The position numbers and the translations under genes are program-made. The notes beneath the pieces are model-generated. The model had not been told where the DNA came from, searched no databases, and saw nothing but the letters and a program-made list of their open reading frames with translations. From a virus, in the IMG/VR virus record IMGVR_UViG_3300035698_025300: a stretch of 64,000 bases of DNA; one strand, written 5' to 3'. Below, piece by piece: positions 46,054-55,241 of the stretch (its first letter is position 1; the number at the start of each line of letters is the position of its first letter).

Positions 46054-48019
46054 GTATCTGTTCTTTAAGCTCTATAAATTTCTTGCTTAGAACGAATGGT
46101 AGTTGACTTTCTCTGTGGTCATAACCAAAGGCTCTTTTGCTTGTGACGATGATCGGAGGGGCTTGTACTCTTTTGAATACGTTATTGTTCATTTGTTTCA
46201 TGAACCATTCTAAATCAGTAACAAATTCTTTCGGGTCTCCAAGATTCCATCTATCATATAGTTTTTGGCTTATGTTTAGATTTTCGCATATACGGCCTTG
46301 AATATACCATTCCATTACCAATTCTGGAGCGGTGTTTTTATATGTCATGAAGATTTCTAGAAGTTGGTCGTGATAGGCAAATTTCATTGGATCAATTTGC
46401 TCATCTTTAAGCTCCGCTGATGGGGCAACTTCGAAATTAAATAGATCATCAGGTAAGAGGCTCTCTGGAATAATTTCTTCCATGAATATGTCGCTATTTA
46501 GATATCTGGCCATCTCGAAAACTTCCTCTTTGGTGAGATCTCCTAGCGGGCTAATGGCCCCACCGACATCACCGTAGAGGGTTGCATAGCCTAGCGCTGT
46601 TTCAAGTTTGTTTCCGTTGTTTGTAAACAACGCTCCCATTTTTGCGGCTATGCCGGCTAGAATTGATGAGCCTCTGGTTCTGGCGTAAATATTTTCTATA
46701 ACTAGGCTGCTGGCATCTTCGAATTGGGGGTCATAGCCAGGCCCTAATCGTAGGTTAAGTTCACCTGAATCCCATCCTCCAGCTTTATTAACGGCTATAA
46801 GTGTATCGGTTGCTACTGTTGTTATTGGGATTATGCGATATCTTATTCCCAGCTTATCTGCTATATCTTTAGCAATGTTTTTTGTAGCACTTGAGTTATA
46901 TTTGCTAGGCATATTAATTGCCATGACATTTTTTTCTCCAACGGCCTTAACAAGAAGGCACGCGACAACTGAGCTGTCTATCCCACCAGAAAGGCCAATG
47001 ACAAATTTTGGATGGTCTTTTTGTCCAATTATGTCTTTCATGTGCTGAATGCCACGTATCAATGTTAAATACTTCTCAGCTATTTTGTTATTTTTTCTTT
47101 TTCTTTGTGTCGCGCATATTATGTCAATCATTTCGGTAGAAATTACCATTAGTTTTTCTTTATATTGATCTATTACATAGTCTGCCAACTCTCCCTTTCG
47201 GTTATATACACTACTTCCTCCATCGAACGTGATGATATTTTTGCCGTTATTCTGGGCTCCCACACAGTTGACATAATAGAATTGTGGCATGGGTTTATCC
47301 AGAGGGGCTAATTCTTTGTAGAGGAACTTTATAGCGTTGTGGCGAGCTTTATCTTTACCGTAGGTCCAAGGGGATGCTGATAAATTGATGATAATGGTGG
47401 CTCCATTATTAACGGCATTTTTAGTTGGATTTTTAGCTTTTCCTTCTCGCACATAATCTTCACACCATAGATCTTCACAGAGTTCTACTCCAATTAACTC
47501 ATCTTTGAATTTGAAAGGAGCAAAGATATTAAAGCAGCCGTTTTCCCATAATTGATAAGCTGATGTGAAATATCTTTGATCGTCAAAGAATCTGTAATTA
47601 GGAAGTAGGGCTTTTACTTGTAGTCCTTTTGGGACGAATTTGGAATATTTGTCATGGCCTGATTTCTTAACAGGCTCTCCATTGTAATAGAAATAAGCAG
47701 CATTATATTTTCTAGTCCTGCCATCTTCGTTTGGGAACCAAAAGCCGGATTCATCGTGTTCGCTAAGGAAGACGTTACCGAAAATAACCCCGATTCCCAT
47801 GGACGCCTTAGCGATTTGCTCGTTAAAGCTCATAAGCCATCGGCAATATTCGTCATCATTGAATTTATCGCCAAGAAAATATCCACCTACGCACATTTCA
47901 GGGAAAGATATAAGATTTGCTCCGCGAGCTTTCGCTTCATTAATCATGCGAAGCATTTTATATACATTTTGTTGTGGCTGTCCTGAGACGACATCCATTT
48001 GACCTAGAGCAATGTTCAT
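46043..48019 (-). CDS. nadE: glutamine-dependent NAD+ synthetase
   Basis: N-terminal CN-hydrolase (FPEM, ELCEDLW, SASP) plus synthetase IGLSGGIDSS, GNKLE.ALGYATLYGD, PSAEL. Confidence 0.95.
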   Translation of the reverse strand: MNIALGQMDVVSGQPQQNVYKMLRMINEAKARGANLISFPEMCVGGYFLGDKFNDDEYCRWLMSFNEQIAKASMGIGVIFGNVFLSEHDESGFWFPNEDGRTRKYNAAYFYYNGEPVKKSGHDKYSKFVPKGLQVKALLPNYRFFDDQRYFTSAYQLWENGCFNIFAPFKFKDELIGVELCEDLWCEDYVREGKAKNPTKNAVNNGATIIINLSASPWTYGKDKARHNAIKFLYKELAPLDKPMPQFYYVNCVGAQNNGKNIITFDGGSSVYNRKGELADYVIDQYKEKLMVISTEMIDIICATQRKRKNNKIAEKYLTLIRGIQHMKDIIGQKDHPKFVIGLSGGIDSSVVACLLVKAVGEKNVMAINMPSKYNSSATKNIAKDIADKLGIRYRIIPITTVATDTLIAVNKAGGWDSGELNLRLGPGYDPQFEDASSLVIENIYARTRGSSILAGIAAKMGALFTNNGNKLETALGYATLYGDVGGAISPLGDLTKEEVFEMARYLNSDIFMEEIIPESLLPDDLFNFEVAPSAELKDEQIDPMKFAYHDQLLEIFMTYKNTAPELVMEWYIQGRICENLNISQKLYDRWNLGDPKEFVTDLEWFMKQMNNNVFKRVQAPPIIVTSKRAFGYDHRESQLPFVLSKKFIELKEQILNS

Positions 48020-48029
48020 TTTTGTCCTT

Positions 48030-48773
48030 TTATTTTCCTGTGACGGCGGTTATGAAGTCGCAAGCATCTAATACGTTATTTACTGATGGGAAATCGCATG
48101 TGCAGTTTTTCGTGCAGATTACTTGTTTGACTGCATTTTTGTCCAGTTCAGCAGGGGCTGTGTCTACAGCACAGAATCGAACTCCGATCTTCTGCCAGTT
48201 TTTTACGAGATCATCAATAGGCAGACCTGGTAGTTCTTTTACCGCATCTATGACAACTACGACATTGTAACCTCTGTTTGCTAGCCCCACTACCGCATCG
48301 TTAACACAGACATTTGTTGCAACCCCATAAACGAATATGGTTGTTTGTTTTGTTGCAACATCATTAAGGACTTTTTCTGTGAAAGGGTTGCCATCGAATA
48401 CATTAAATGCGTCTTTTAGTAATAGTATGTCGTCGGCTAGCTTAACTTCCTCCGAACTGTAAGATTGATCTTCCCAATCTATTACCAGGGCGTGTTCACC
48501 TGGGAACGTTTCTTCGATTAGGTTTACCCCGTCTGTATTCCTCATGCAGTGTGGGGGGAATTTCGACATAAAATCTGGTTCGTCTGATAGCTCTTCAGAG
48601 TCTTTGTTGTGACAGTCTGCTGTGCTGATGACTGTAATGTCCTGCTTTTTCGATAGTTTCGTTAGAAAAACTAGGTTGGCCTTTATTCCACCCGCTCCGT
48701 CAATTGATAGTTTCCCATCAGAATTCATAAAATCTTTTTGCGTGTCTACGTTCCAGAAAATAGCCTTATTCAT
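48030..48773 (-). CDS. pncA: nicotinamidase
   Basis: VDTQKDFM, DCH, FPPHC, GVATNVCV; operon context. Confidence 0.88.
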   Translation of the reverse strand: MNKAIFWNVDTQKDFMNSDGKLSIDGAGGIKANLVFLTKLSKKQDITVISTADCHNKDSEELSDEPDFMSKFPPHCMRNTDGVNLIEETFPGEHALVIDWEDQSYSSEEVKLADDILLLKDAFNVFDGNPFTEKVLNDVATKQTTIFVYGVATNVCVNDAVVGLANRGYNVVVVIDAVKELPGLPIDDLVKNWQKIGVRFCAVDTAPAELDKNAVKQVICTKNCTCDFPSVNNVLDACDFITAVTGK

Positions 48774-49620
48774 TTATATTCTCCTGTTGTTTAAGTCTAT
48801 AGAGTTTTTTATTTAATCGGTATAAATATGATCTACCGAATTTATTATTTTCAAGTCCATCATATAGCGTTTGAGGAATGTCGTTTTTTATTTCTTTGCA
48901 ATTAACAGAGCAGCCCATAGCTATAGTTGCTACCGTGTCTACATCGCCTTGATATGAGATGCACCGTTTAAGCACACCACTCATGGTATTATAGTCTTTG
49001 ATTGCCGTGATTGCAGCACGAACACCCATAAAAGATGTTGTTCCTACTCTGCCTGCCCATCTTTTGTTCCAATGCCCAGACTTAATTGTATCATCTAAAA
49101 ATACACCTATATCTTTTTTGAGTCCCAAATTGTAAATGAAGTAGTGACTCATGAGGGAGACTGCACAAGATGCACTCAACCCTTTTGGTGTATTGTGCGT
49201 AACTTCTGACTGCAAGGTTGCGTATTCTATTACTCTATTAATGTCTGGAAGTATCCCTATTGGACAGCCCCTCATGCTTGAGCCGTTCTTTGTGCTCTCA
49301 GGTATTATCTTGTCTAGGAATTCTTTTCCGTTTTTAACGGAAACAAGAAATTTTAAGAACCCCCGGGCGTATCCATTCCTGGGGTCACGGCGAAAACAAT
49401 TAACGAAAGAATCGGCTATATTTTCTTTTGTCCATTCTTTTTTAGCTATTAACAATTCTGCTATAGCAATACTCATTTGGGTGTCATCGGTATATGATCC
49501 TGGCATAGAGTCGTGGCTGGGGTGACTAAAGTATTGACTTAAATCATTAGGGCCTGGTTGTTTTCTTGCAAACTCAAAAGCTGCACCATATGCATCGCCA
49601 ATTGCTAATTCTACTAGCAT
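48766..49620 (-). CDS. ADP-ribosylglycohydrolase (DraG/ARH family)
   Basis: AIGDAYG, YTDDTQM, NGSSMR, GDVDTVA. Confidence 0.92.
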   Translation of the reverse strand: MLVELAIGDAYGAAFEFARKQPGPNDLSQYFSHPSHDSMPGSYTDDTQMSIAIAELLIAKKEWTKENIADSFVNCFRRDPRNGYARGFLKFLVSVKNGKEFLDKIIPESTKNGSSMRGCPIGILPDINRVIEYATLQSEVTHNTPKGLSASCAVSLMSHYFIYNLGLKKDIGVFLDDTIKSGHWNKRWAGRVGTTSFMGVRAAITAIKDYNTMSGVLKRCISYQGDVDTVATIAMGCSVNCKEIKNDIPQTLYDGLENNKFGRSYLYRLNKKLYRLKQQENINE

Positions 49621-49622
49621 TT

Positions 49623-50807
49623 TTATTCCACCTCACTGCATAGCGGCTCATTAAAGAATGTCCATTTTGCAACTTTTAGCGCGTCTTCGTCTCCTGTTGC
49701 TTTGCCTGGGTTGTCGCTAAGTTTTATTACTTCTATTCCATTGACAGATCGTAGTTTGATAACCATATTTAGTGGCGTAGTATTGTCAAAGTCATTTGTA
49801 AAGTGTGTTCCAATTCCAAAGGCTACTTTGATTTTATCGGCAAACTCTTTTTGTATTTGTATAGCACTGTCTGTATTCAGTCCGTCGCTGAAAACTATAG
49901 TTTTTGCACTTGGATCGATACCAAGACTCTTATACTTTTCAATAACTTTATTTCCAAATTCTATAGGGTCACCGCTATCATGCCTGACGCCATCGTAAAG
50001 TTTTGCTAGGCGTAGATTAAAGTTTTTGAAAAATACGTTGCTTCCATATGTGTCTGTTAAGGCGATTCCTAGATCGGCGTTATAGACTCGAACCCAGTTC
50101 TGTAGGGCAAAATAGTTTGCATTTCTTAATCCTTCTAGTGCGGAACAGCCCATGATCCATTCGTGGGCCATTGTTCCAATTGGAGTGACATTGTATTTTC
50201 TGGCAAAATATAAATTGCTAGTTCCGATAAAACCCGTTCCTGTTGATAGGATTTTTATGGCTTTATCTTGCGTCTCGAAGCTTAATCGCCTTCTCGTGCC
50301 GAAGTCGGCATATTTACACTTCTCTAGGTCTAGTTTTTCGGTTTTGATTTTTGTTTTTTCTAGGAAGGTCGTGTTGATCTGTTCTTCCCACGAATTGTCG
50401 AAATTGAGAAAGTACCCTTCGCTGATCATAGCCATCAATGGAACTTCCCAGAGGATGGTTTTGTGCCATGGGCCAGTTATCGCGATATTAAGTTCACCGT
50501 CCTCTATTGTTGCTTTGACTTCTTTTGGATCAAATCTGTAGTTTTTGAGGTAATTTAAATACGAGGTTTTAAAATAAGGGCAGTTTTTCTTGAGCCACTC
50601 GATATCCGAGTCGGTAACTTGTAGATTTTTAAAGTCCTGTATTGACCCTTTTAATTGACCAAGAAATTCTTCTGAAAATTTGTGTTCTCCACGATTTGTG
50701 AATTTGTAAGTGGCTTCAGCGTCTGGGAATAGCTCCAATACAGCCTGCTGCATCGTAAATTTGTAAAGATCTGAATCGAGGATGGATGTTGGTTTTGCTG
50801 TTAGCAT
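49623..50807 (-). CDS. pncB: nicotinate phosphoribosyltransferase
   Basis: LDSDLYKFTMQQA, DFGTRRR, GTSN, GTMAHEW, GVRHDSGDP, KLSDNPGK. Confidence 0.95.
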   Translation of the reverse strand: MLTAKPTSILDSDLYKFTMQQAVLELFPDAEATYKFTNRGEHKFSEEFLGQLKGSIQDFKNLQVTDSDIEWLKKNCPYFKTSYLNYLKNYRFDPKEVKATIEDGELNIAITGPWHKTILWEVPLMAMISEGYFLNFDNSWEEQINTTFLEKTKIKTEKLDLEKCKYADFGTRRRLSFETQDKAIKILSTGTGFIGTSNLYFARKYNVTPIGTMAHEWIMGCSALEGLRNANYFALQNWVRVYNADLGIALTDTYGSNVFFKNFNLRLAKLYDGVRHDSGDPIEFGNKVIEKYKSLGIDPSAKTIVFSDGLNTDSAIQIQKEFADKIKVAFGIGTHFTNDFDNTTPLNMVIKLRSVNGIEVIKLSDNPGKATGDEDALKVAKWTFFNEPLCSEVE

Positions 50808-50850
50808 TTTTGGACCCTTTTAGAAAAGAATTTGACTAATCTGTTTTCAA

Positions 50851-50878
50851 ATTATATACTATTGTGGGAGAATCGCAA
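50851..50878 (-). promoter_or_regulatory. sigma70-type promoter of the NAD operon
   Basis: TTGCGA-16-TATAAT. Confidence 0.6.
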
Positions 50879-50931
50879 TTTTTTTTAAAAAAAGTGATTA
50901 ATTCCTGATGCATTATAATCATATGTAACTT

Positions 50932-51771
50932 GTGGAGGAGTTTATGAATAACACTATTGATATTGAAGCAACATGGAAAAGGTATAAAAGCGGGAAGCAC
51001 CCTAAGCTAAAGAATGATATTATCGTTTATTACTATGGGCTTGTAGATAAAATAGCTAAAAAGATGTCTGCAAAAACGAATTACAAAGTTTCATCTGAAG
51101 AGTTGAGGTCTCACGGTGTGGATGGTTTGTATAGAGCTATTGACGCATACGACTTGGACCGTGGAATTAAATTTGAAACGTACGCTTATGCTAGGATACA
51201 TGGTTCCATGATAGATGGATTAAGAACTGAGGATTGGATTCCTAGATCTGTACGTATAAGACATAACAGCATGGAAAAAGCAAAAGAGAAAGCGAGGATT
51301 AAGCTTGGACACGATCCAAATGAGGAAGAAATCTTATCAGAAGCCGGCATAGACGTGATTGATTTTTATAAAAATGACAAGAAATATAAGCCAGTAGGTT
51401 TTGCAAGTATAGATTCTAATTTTGTAAGTAACGGATCTATAGAAGATTCAGACAATAAACAAGATTTTAATCGATATTTAGAGGATGGCCATGTAGCCAG
51501 GCCCGGTTCAGAAATAGAAGATCGGGAATTTTTATGCAAGGTCGTTGGGAGAGATTTAAAGCTTATAGAAAAAAAGATCATTTATTATTATTATTACCAG
51601 AAATTAACTATGCGAGAGATAGCGGATATTATAAGCATGTCTGAATCTCGTATCAGTCAGATACACCATGAGGTACTGAAAAAAATCAAAAGATCCATTA
51701 AAAACAACCCAGAATTGTTTGGAGAAGAAATTTTAGCTCTGTTCGCCAAAAGAGAAAAATCTAAAAAGTAA
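50932..51771 (+). CDS. FliA/WhiG-family sigma factor
   Basis: KFETYAYARIHGSMIDGLRTEDWIPRSVR; region 4 MSESRISQIH. Confidence 0.9.
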   Translation: MEEFMNNTIDIEATWKRYKSGKHPKLKNDIIVYYYGLVDKIAKKMSAKTNYKVSSEELRSHGVDGLYRAIDAYDLDRGIKFETYAYARIHGSMIDGLRTEDWIPRSVRIRHNSMEKAKEKARIKLGHDPNEEEILSEAGIDVIDFYKNDKKYKPVGFASIDSNFVSNGSIEDSDNKQDFNRYLEDGHVARPGSEIEDREFLCKVVGRDLKLIEKKIIYYYYYQKLTMREIADIISMSESRISQIHHEVLKKIKRSIKNNPELFGEEILALFAKREKSKK

Positions 51772-51817
51772 ATTGTTTTCAGCGTTGTTGAACCATATAA
51801 TAAAGTCGAGGATATCT

Positions 51818-52333
51818 ATGATTTATGTAAAAGTTGGAGACATTACTGCCTGCAAGGGGTATGACGCTATCGTGAACGCCGCCAATGGTATAGGAATACT
51901 AGGCAAAGGGGTGGCTGGAGCTATTCGTAATGCTGGTGGGATGGTGATACAAGATGAAGCGCGACAGATTTACAAAGACAAAGGGAAACCTTTTTCTCCT
52001 GGAGAATATTACAGAACAGGAGCGGGTAACCTGAAAAAGCGTGGAATATTGAATGTATATCATGCTGTAACGATGTCTATGCCTGGCTCACTAAGTAGCT
52101 TACATGTGATCCTTGAGGTTATGCCTAGAGTCCTGGAGGGAGCCATAAACGATGATTGTGATTCTATAGCCTTTCCGGGACTAGGCACAGGCATTGGTGG
52201 TATTGATCCTTCAAGCGCCGCGAGTTGCATGTTTGGTATCGCATTGCGATATCACGACAGAATAAACATATATTTTATTGATAAGAATGAAAAATTTATT
52301 AATATGATAAAAGATAAGGCCGGTTTGCTATGA
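51818..52333 (+). CDS. macrodomain protein
   Basis: GDIT, IVNAANG.G.LGKGVAGAI, AFPGLGTGIGG. Confidence 0.9.
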   Translation: MIYVKVGDITACKGYDAIVNAANGIGILGKGVAGAIRNAGGMVIQDEARQIYKDKGKPFSPGEYYRTGAGNLKKRGILNVYHAVTMSMPGSLSSLHVILEVMPRVLEGAINDDCDSIAFPGLGTGIGGIDPSSAASCMFGIALRYHDRINIYFIDKNEKFINMIKDKAGLL

Positions 52334-52962
52334 TTCTTACAAAAAATCCTATTTTGATGTTGAACAAAAGTTGGATACCAGTGCGCGTATCGACGTTCAA
52401 GAAGGCTCTAGGTAAAGTTTGTGCTGAGAGGGCCAGGTTCGTAGACCACGAAAATTATGCACTGTATACTTGGGATGAATGGATTACAGAATTCTCTATG
52501 TCGTATGCGGATTCAGAGCAGTCTAGATGGCCTATGATCAAAGGCGTGAGATTTAGTATCCGGCGGCCTGAAGTTGTAGTGTGTAGCATTTATAACACAA
52601 TTCCCAAGAACGACCTTAAGCTGACTCGGCGCAATTTGTTAGTTAGGGATGGTTTTGCTTGTCTGTATTGTGGAAAAAGGGTCACTTCGGAATCGGCAAC
52701 ACTAGACCATATTATGCCACGTTCGCGGGGCGGAATGAATCGTTGGGATAATTTAGCTATTTGTTGCGTTAAGTGTAATGCCCATAAAGCTAACAGGACT
52801 CCAAGGGAGGCTAATATGGGATTAAGGTCTAAGCCGAAGAAGCCGAATTGGAACCCTTTATACGCACTATTGAATACTAAGAGCCCTAAGTCTTGGGAGA
52901 AGTTCATAAATACCGATAAGTGGAATGAACTCGGTTACTGGGACGTAGAGTTACAGGAGTAG
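52330..52962 (+). CDS. HNH endonuclease (McrA-like)
   Basis: LTRRNLLVRDGFACLYCG...TLDHIMPRSRGG.N.WDNL..CC..CN. Confidence 0.9.
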   Translation: MILTKNPILMLNKSWIPVRVSTFKKALGKVCAERARFVDHENYALYTWDEWITEFSMSYADSEQSRWPMIKGVRFSIRRPEVVVCSIYNTIPKNDLKLTRRNLLVRDGFACLYCGKRVTSESATLDHIMPRSRGGMNRWDNLAICCVKCNAHKANRTPREANMGLRSKPKKPNWNPLYALLNTKSPKSWEKFINTDKWNELGYWDVELQE

Positions 52963-52966
52963 GTAT

Positions 52967-53674
52967 TTGATAAAACACAGAATTAGACACAAAGTTGTTC
53001 AGAAAACAAACAAGGTGCGCCAGTGGAAGGGCAAGCTTCCTGGCGTGCCTTGTTTTATTTTAGGTAATGCTCCTAGCCTGAGTGATCATCCTATTCACAA
53101 GTTGGATGGATATTTTTCTATAGGAGTTAATAGAATATTTAAGCGAATTGAGCCAACGATATTGTTATGGCAAGACATTGCTTTGTATTACACCAGTAGA
53201 AAAGAGTTAGTAAAAGTAAAGTCTATTTTGTTTTCTCGCGATATTGCTGATCCTAGAAGCATCGCTTATCATTTTAAACTCCTTAACGGTATGTATAAGA
53301 TAACGAATAATCCAACGGTACTGGCGGGGCGCGGAAATTCTGCTCCTTTGGCATTTCAGTTGGCGTATTGTTTGGGTTGTAACCCCATAATATTGATAGG
53401 ATGTGATTGTCTTTATCGCGGCGATAAGACTGATTTTTACGGTGTTAATAAGGACCATAACCAAAATACTTTATCTAATTGTTCAGTCGGTTTGAATTGG
53501 ATAAAAGGCTTCTCTGGCGAGCGAGAAGTAGTTTCTTGTTCTGAAAGTGTTACCTTTCCGGATATAATGTCTTTAGACGATTTGTTGCTACGAGATGACA
53601 TAAAAAGAAGTAAAATTGGATTTGATGCATACAGAAATATTTTGTTAAATGGAGAAAAGTATGGAAAATCGTAA
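52967..53674 (+). CDS. Maf/DUF115-like protein
   Basis: CFILGNAPSL, IGVNR, LIGCD. Confidence 0.65.
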   Translation: MIKHRIRHKVVQKTNKVRQWKGKLPGVPCFILGNAPSLSDHPIHKLDGYFSIGVNRIFKRIEPTILLWQDIALYYTSRKELVKVKSILFSRDIADPRSIAYHFKLLNGMYKITNNPTVLAGRGNSAPLAFQLAYCLGCNPIILIGCDCLYRGDKTDFYGVNKDHNQNTLSNCSVGLNWIKGFSGEREVVSCSESVTFPDIMSLDDLLLRDDIKRSKIGFDAYRNILLNGEKYGKS

Positions 53675-55097
53675 TGTGGAAGTTACCGCTAGCAGTAGTC
53701 GCAGTCATAGCGGGTTTGATTTTTTGCCGGAGAGAATTAGAGCGACCATAAGAGACATGGCTTCAAGTTCTTTAACATACAATGAGCGTAACACTTTAAT
53801 GAGTGATGCAACCTTGGGGGAATATCAAAAGGCTAGACGCTACATTGATTTATATGACATGCTATTGGAGGCGTTCTTTGAAGGGGCTCACAGTAAGCAT
53901 CAATACGCATCAGACAATATTGATGGATATATCCATAGTTTGTTACAATTTAATATGAAAAGTTTTTTTAAAGAAAATGGTTTTGAGATTGTGGGGGATT
54001 GTTTTTGCGATGAAGACCACATTTCTCAGGCTAGAAGGATACAGGTTCAATGCGGAGTCGATAAGAGTTTTCCTGTTTACTCAGATTCCGTAATATTTTT
54101 GGAAGGTAAAGACGAAAAGCTTGTTTTCAGAATTTCAAAAGGGTTTTATCAGGGCGGTACGTATTTTTATGAGTTGAACTATTCCGGTGGTCGTGACATT
54201 AATAAGTTTTTTGGAGAATTTCTTAAGGTTAGCCGGAAAAACAATTTTTATAAAAATCAGAAAATTAATGCTGATTGCGAGTTCTTGAAAATTAATAAGA
54301 ATGTTTCCTGGGAAAATGTTATTTTACAGGAGGGCACGAAGTCTATAGTTCAAAACAATGTTTCAGAGTTGTTTAGCCTGACAGAAATTTTGGAGGATAA
54401 TAATATTTCTCTTAAGCGCGGCGTTATTCTTGCAGGCCCTCCAGGAACCGGAAAAACTATGATATGTAAGGTTCTGTGCGGGATGCTTGATGTTACTGTT
54501 CTGTACGTTTTGCCTTCTCATATAAGACAAAAAACAGATGTTTCTCGAATTTGCGACATGGCTAAGGACTTAGCCCCAACACTTCTTATTCTTGAGGATA
54601 TAGATTATGTGGCTGAAGACAGAGATGATGGTGGCGGTTGGCCAGTTATAGATTTGATGAACAAAATGGATGGGTTGGAAGAATTTAATAATGTTATTAC
54701 TCTTGCAACCACCAATCACGTCGATAAGGTTGAAAAGGCTATTAAGAACAGACCTGGTAGATTCGATAGGATTATAAAAGTCCCAGCACCGAATGAGTAT
54801 TGTCGCAAAAGGATGCTGGTCGAGTTCACTAAATCTCTTATAGTTGATGGCGTTAATTTTGACCATCTGGCTTCAAGCTCCAATGGTATGAGCGGAGCGT
54901 ATATAAAAGACGTAGTTCTCACTGCGGCCTATAATGCTATACGCGCTGGCAGTCTTCGAGGGAAGCGGGCGGTCTTGTTGCAGTCTCATTTTGAGGAGGC
55001 AATTAAGGAAATTAAAAATAAGGATTTTACTCAATATTGCGAGGTAGAACCTAAAGGTCATATGGGTTTTGCTCCCCACGTCGCAAGCGACGAATAG
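53661..55097 (+). CDS. AAA+ ATPase
   Basis: GPPGTGKT, LILEDID, ATTNH, RPGRFDR. Confidence 0.92.
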   Translation: MENRNVEVTASSSRSHSGFDFLPERIRATIRDMASSSLTYNERNTLMSDATLGEYQKARRYIDLYDMLLEAFFEGAHSKHQYASDNIDGYIHSLLQFNMKSFFKENGFEIVGDCFCDEDHISQARRIQVQCGVDKSFPVYSDSVIFLEGKDEKLVFRISKGFYQGGTYFYELNYSGGRDINKFFGEFLKVSRKNNFYKNQKINADCEFLKINKNVSWENVILQEGTKSIVQNNVSELFSLTEILEDNNISLKRGVILAGPPGTGKTMICKVLCGMLDVTVLYVLPSHIRQKTDVSRICDMAKDLAPTLLILEDIDYVAEDRDDGGGWPVIDLMNKMDGLEEFNNVITLATTNHVDKVEKAIKNRPGRFDRIIKVPAPNEYCRKRMLVEFTKSLIVDGVNFDHLASSSNGMSGAYIKDVVLTAAYNAIRAGSLRGKRAVLLQSHFEEAIKEIKNKDFTQYCEVEPKGHMGFAPHVASDE

Positions 55098-55241
55098 AAA
55101 AATAAAAGTATAAGGTTTGATTGTATGGGGCTTTGTACAAAAGAGCAGTTTTCGTCACGGAAGAAGAAGAGGATTCATTTCGGCCGATTTGTATGGATTG
55201 TATTGCAGGCCAACTTTTTGAAACAATTAATGGAGAAAAAT

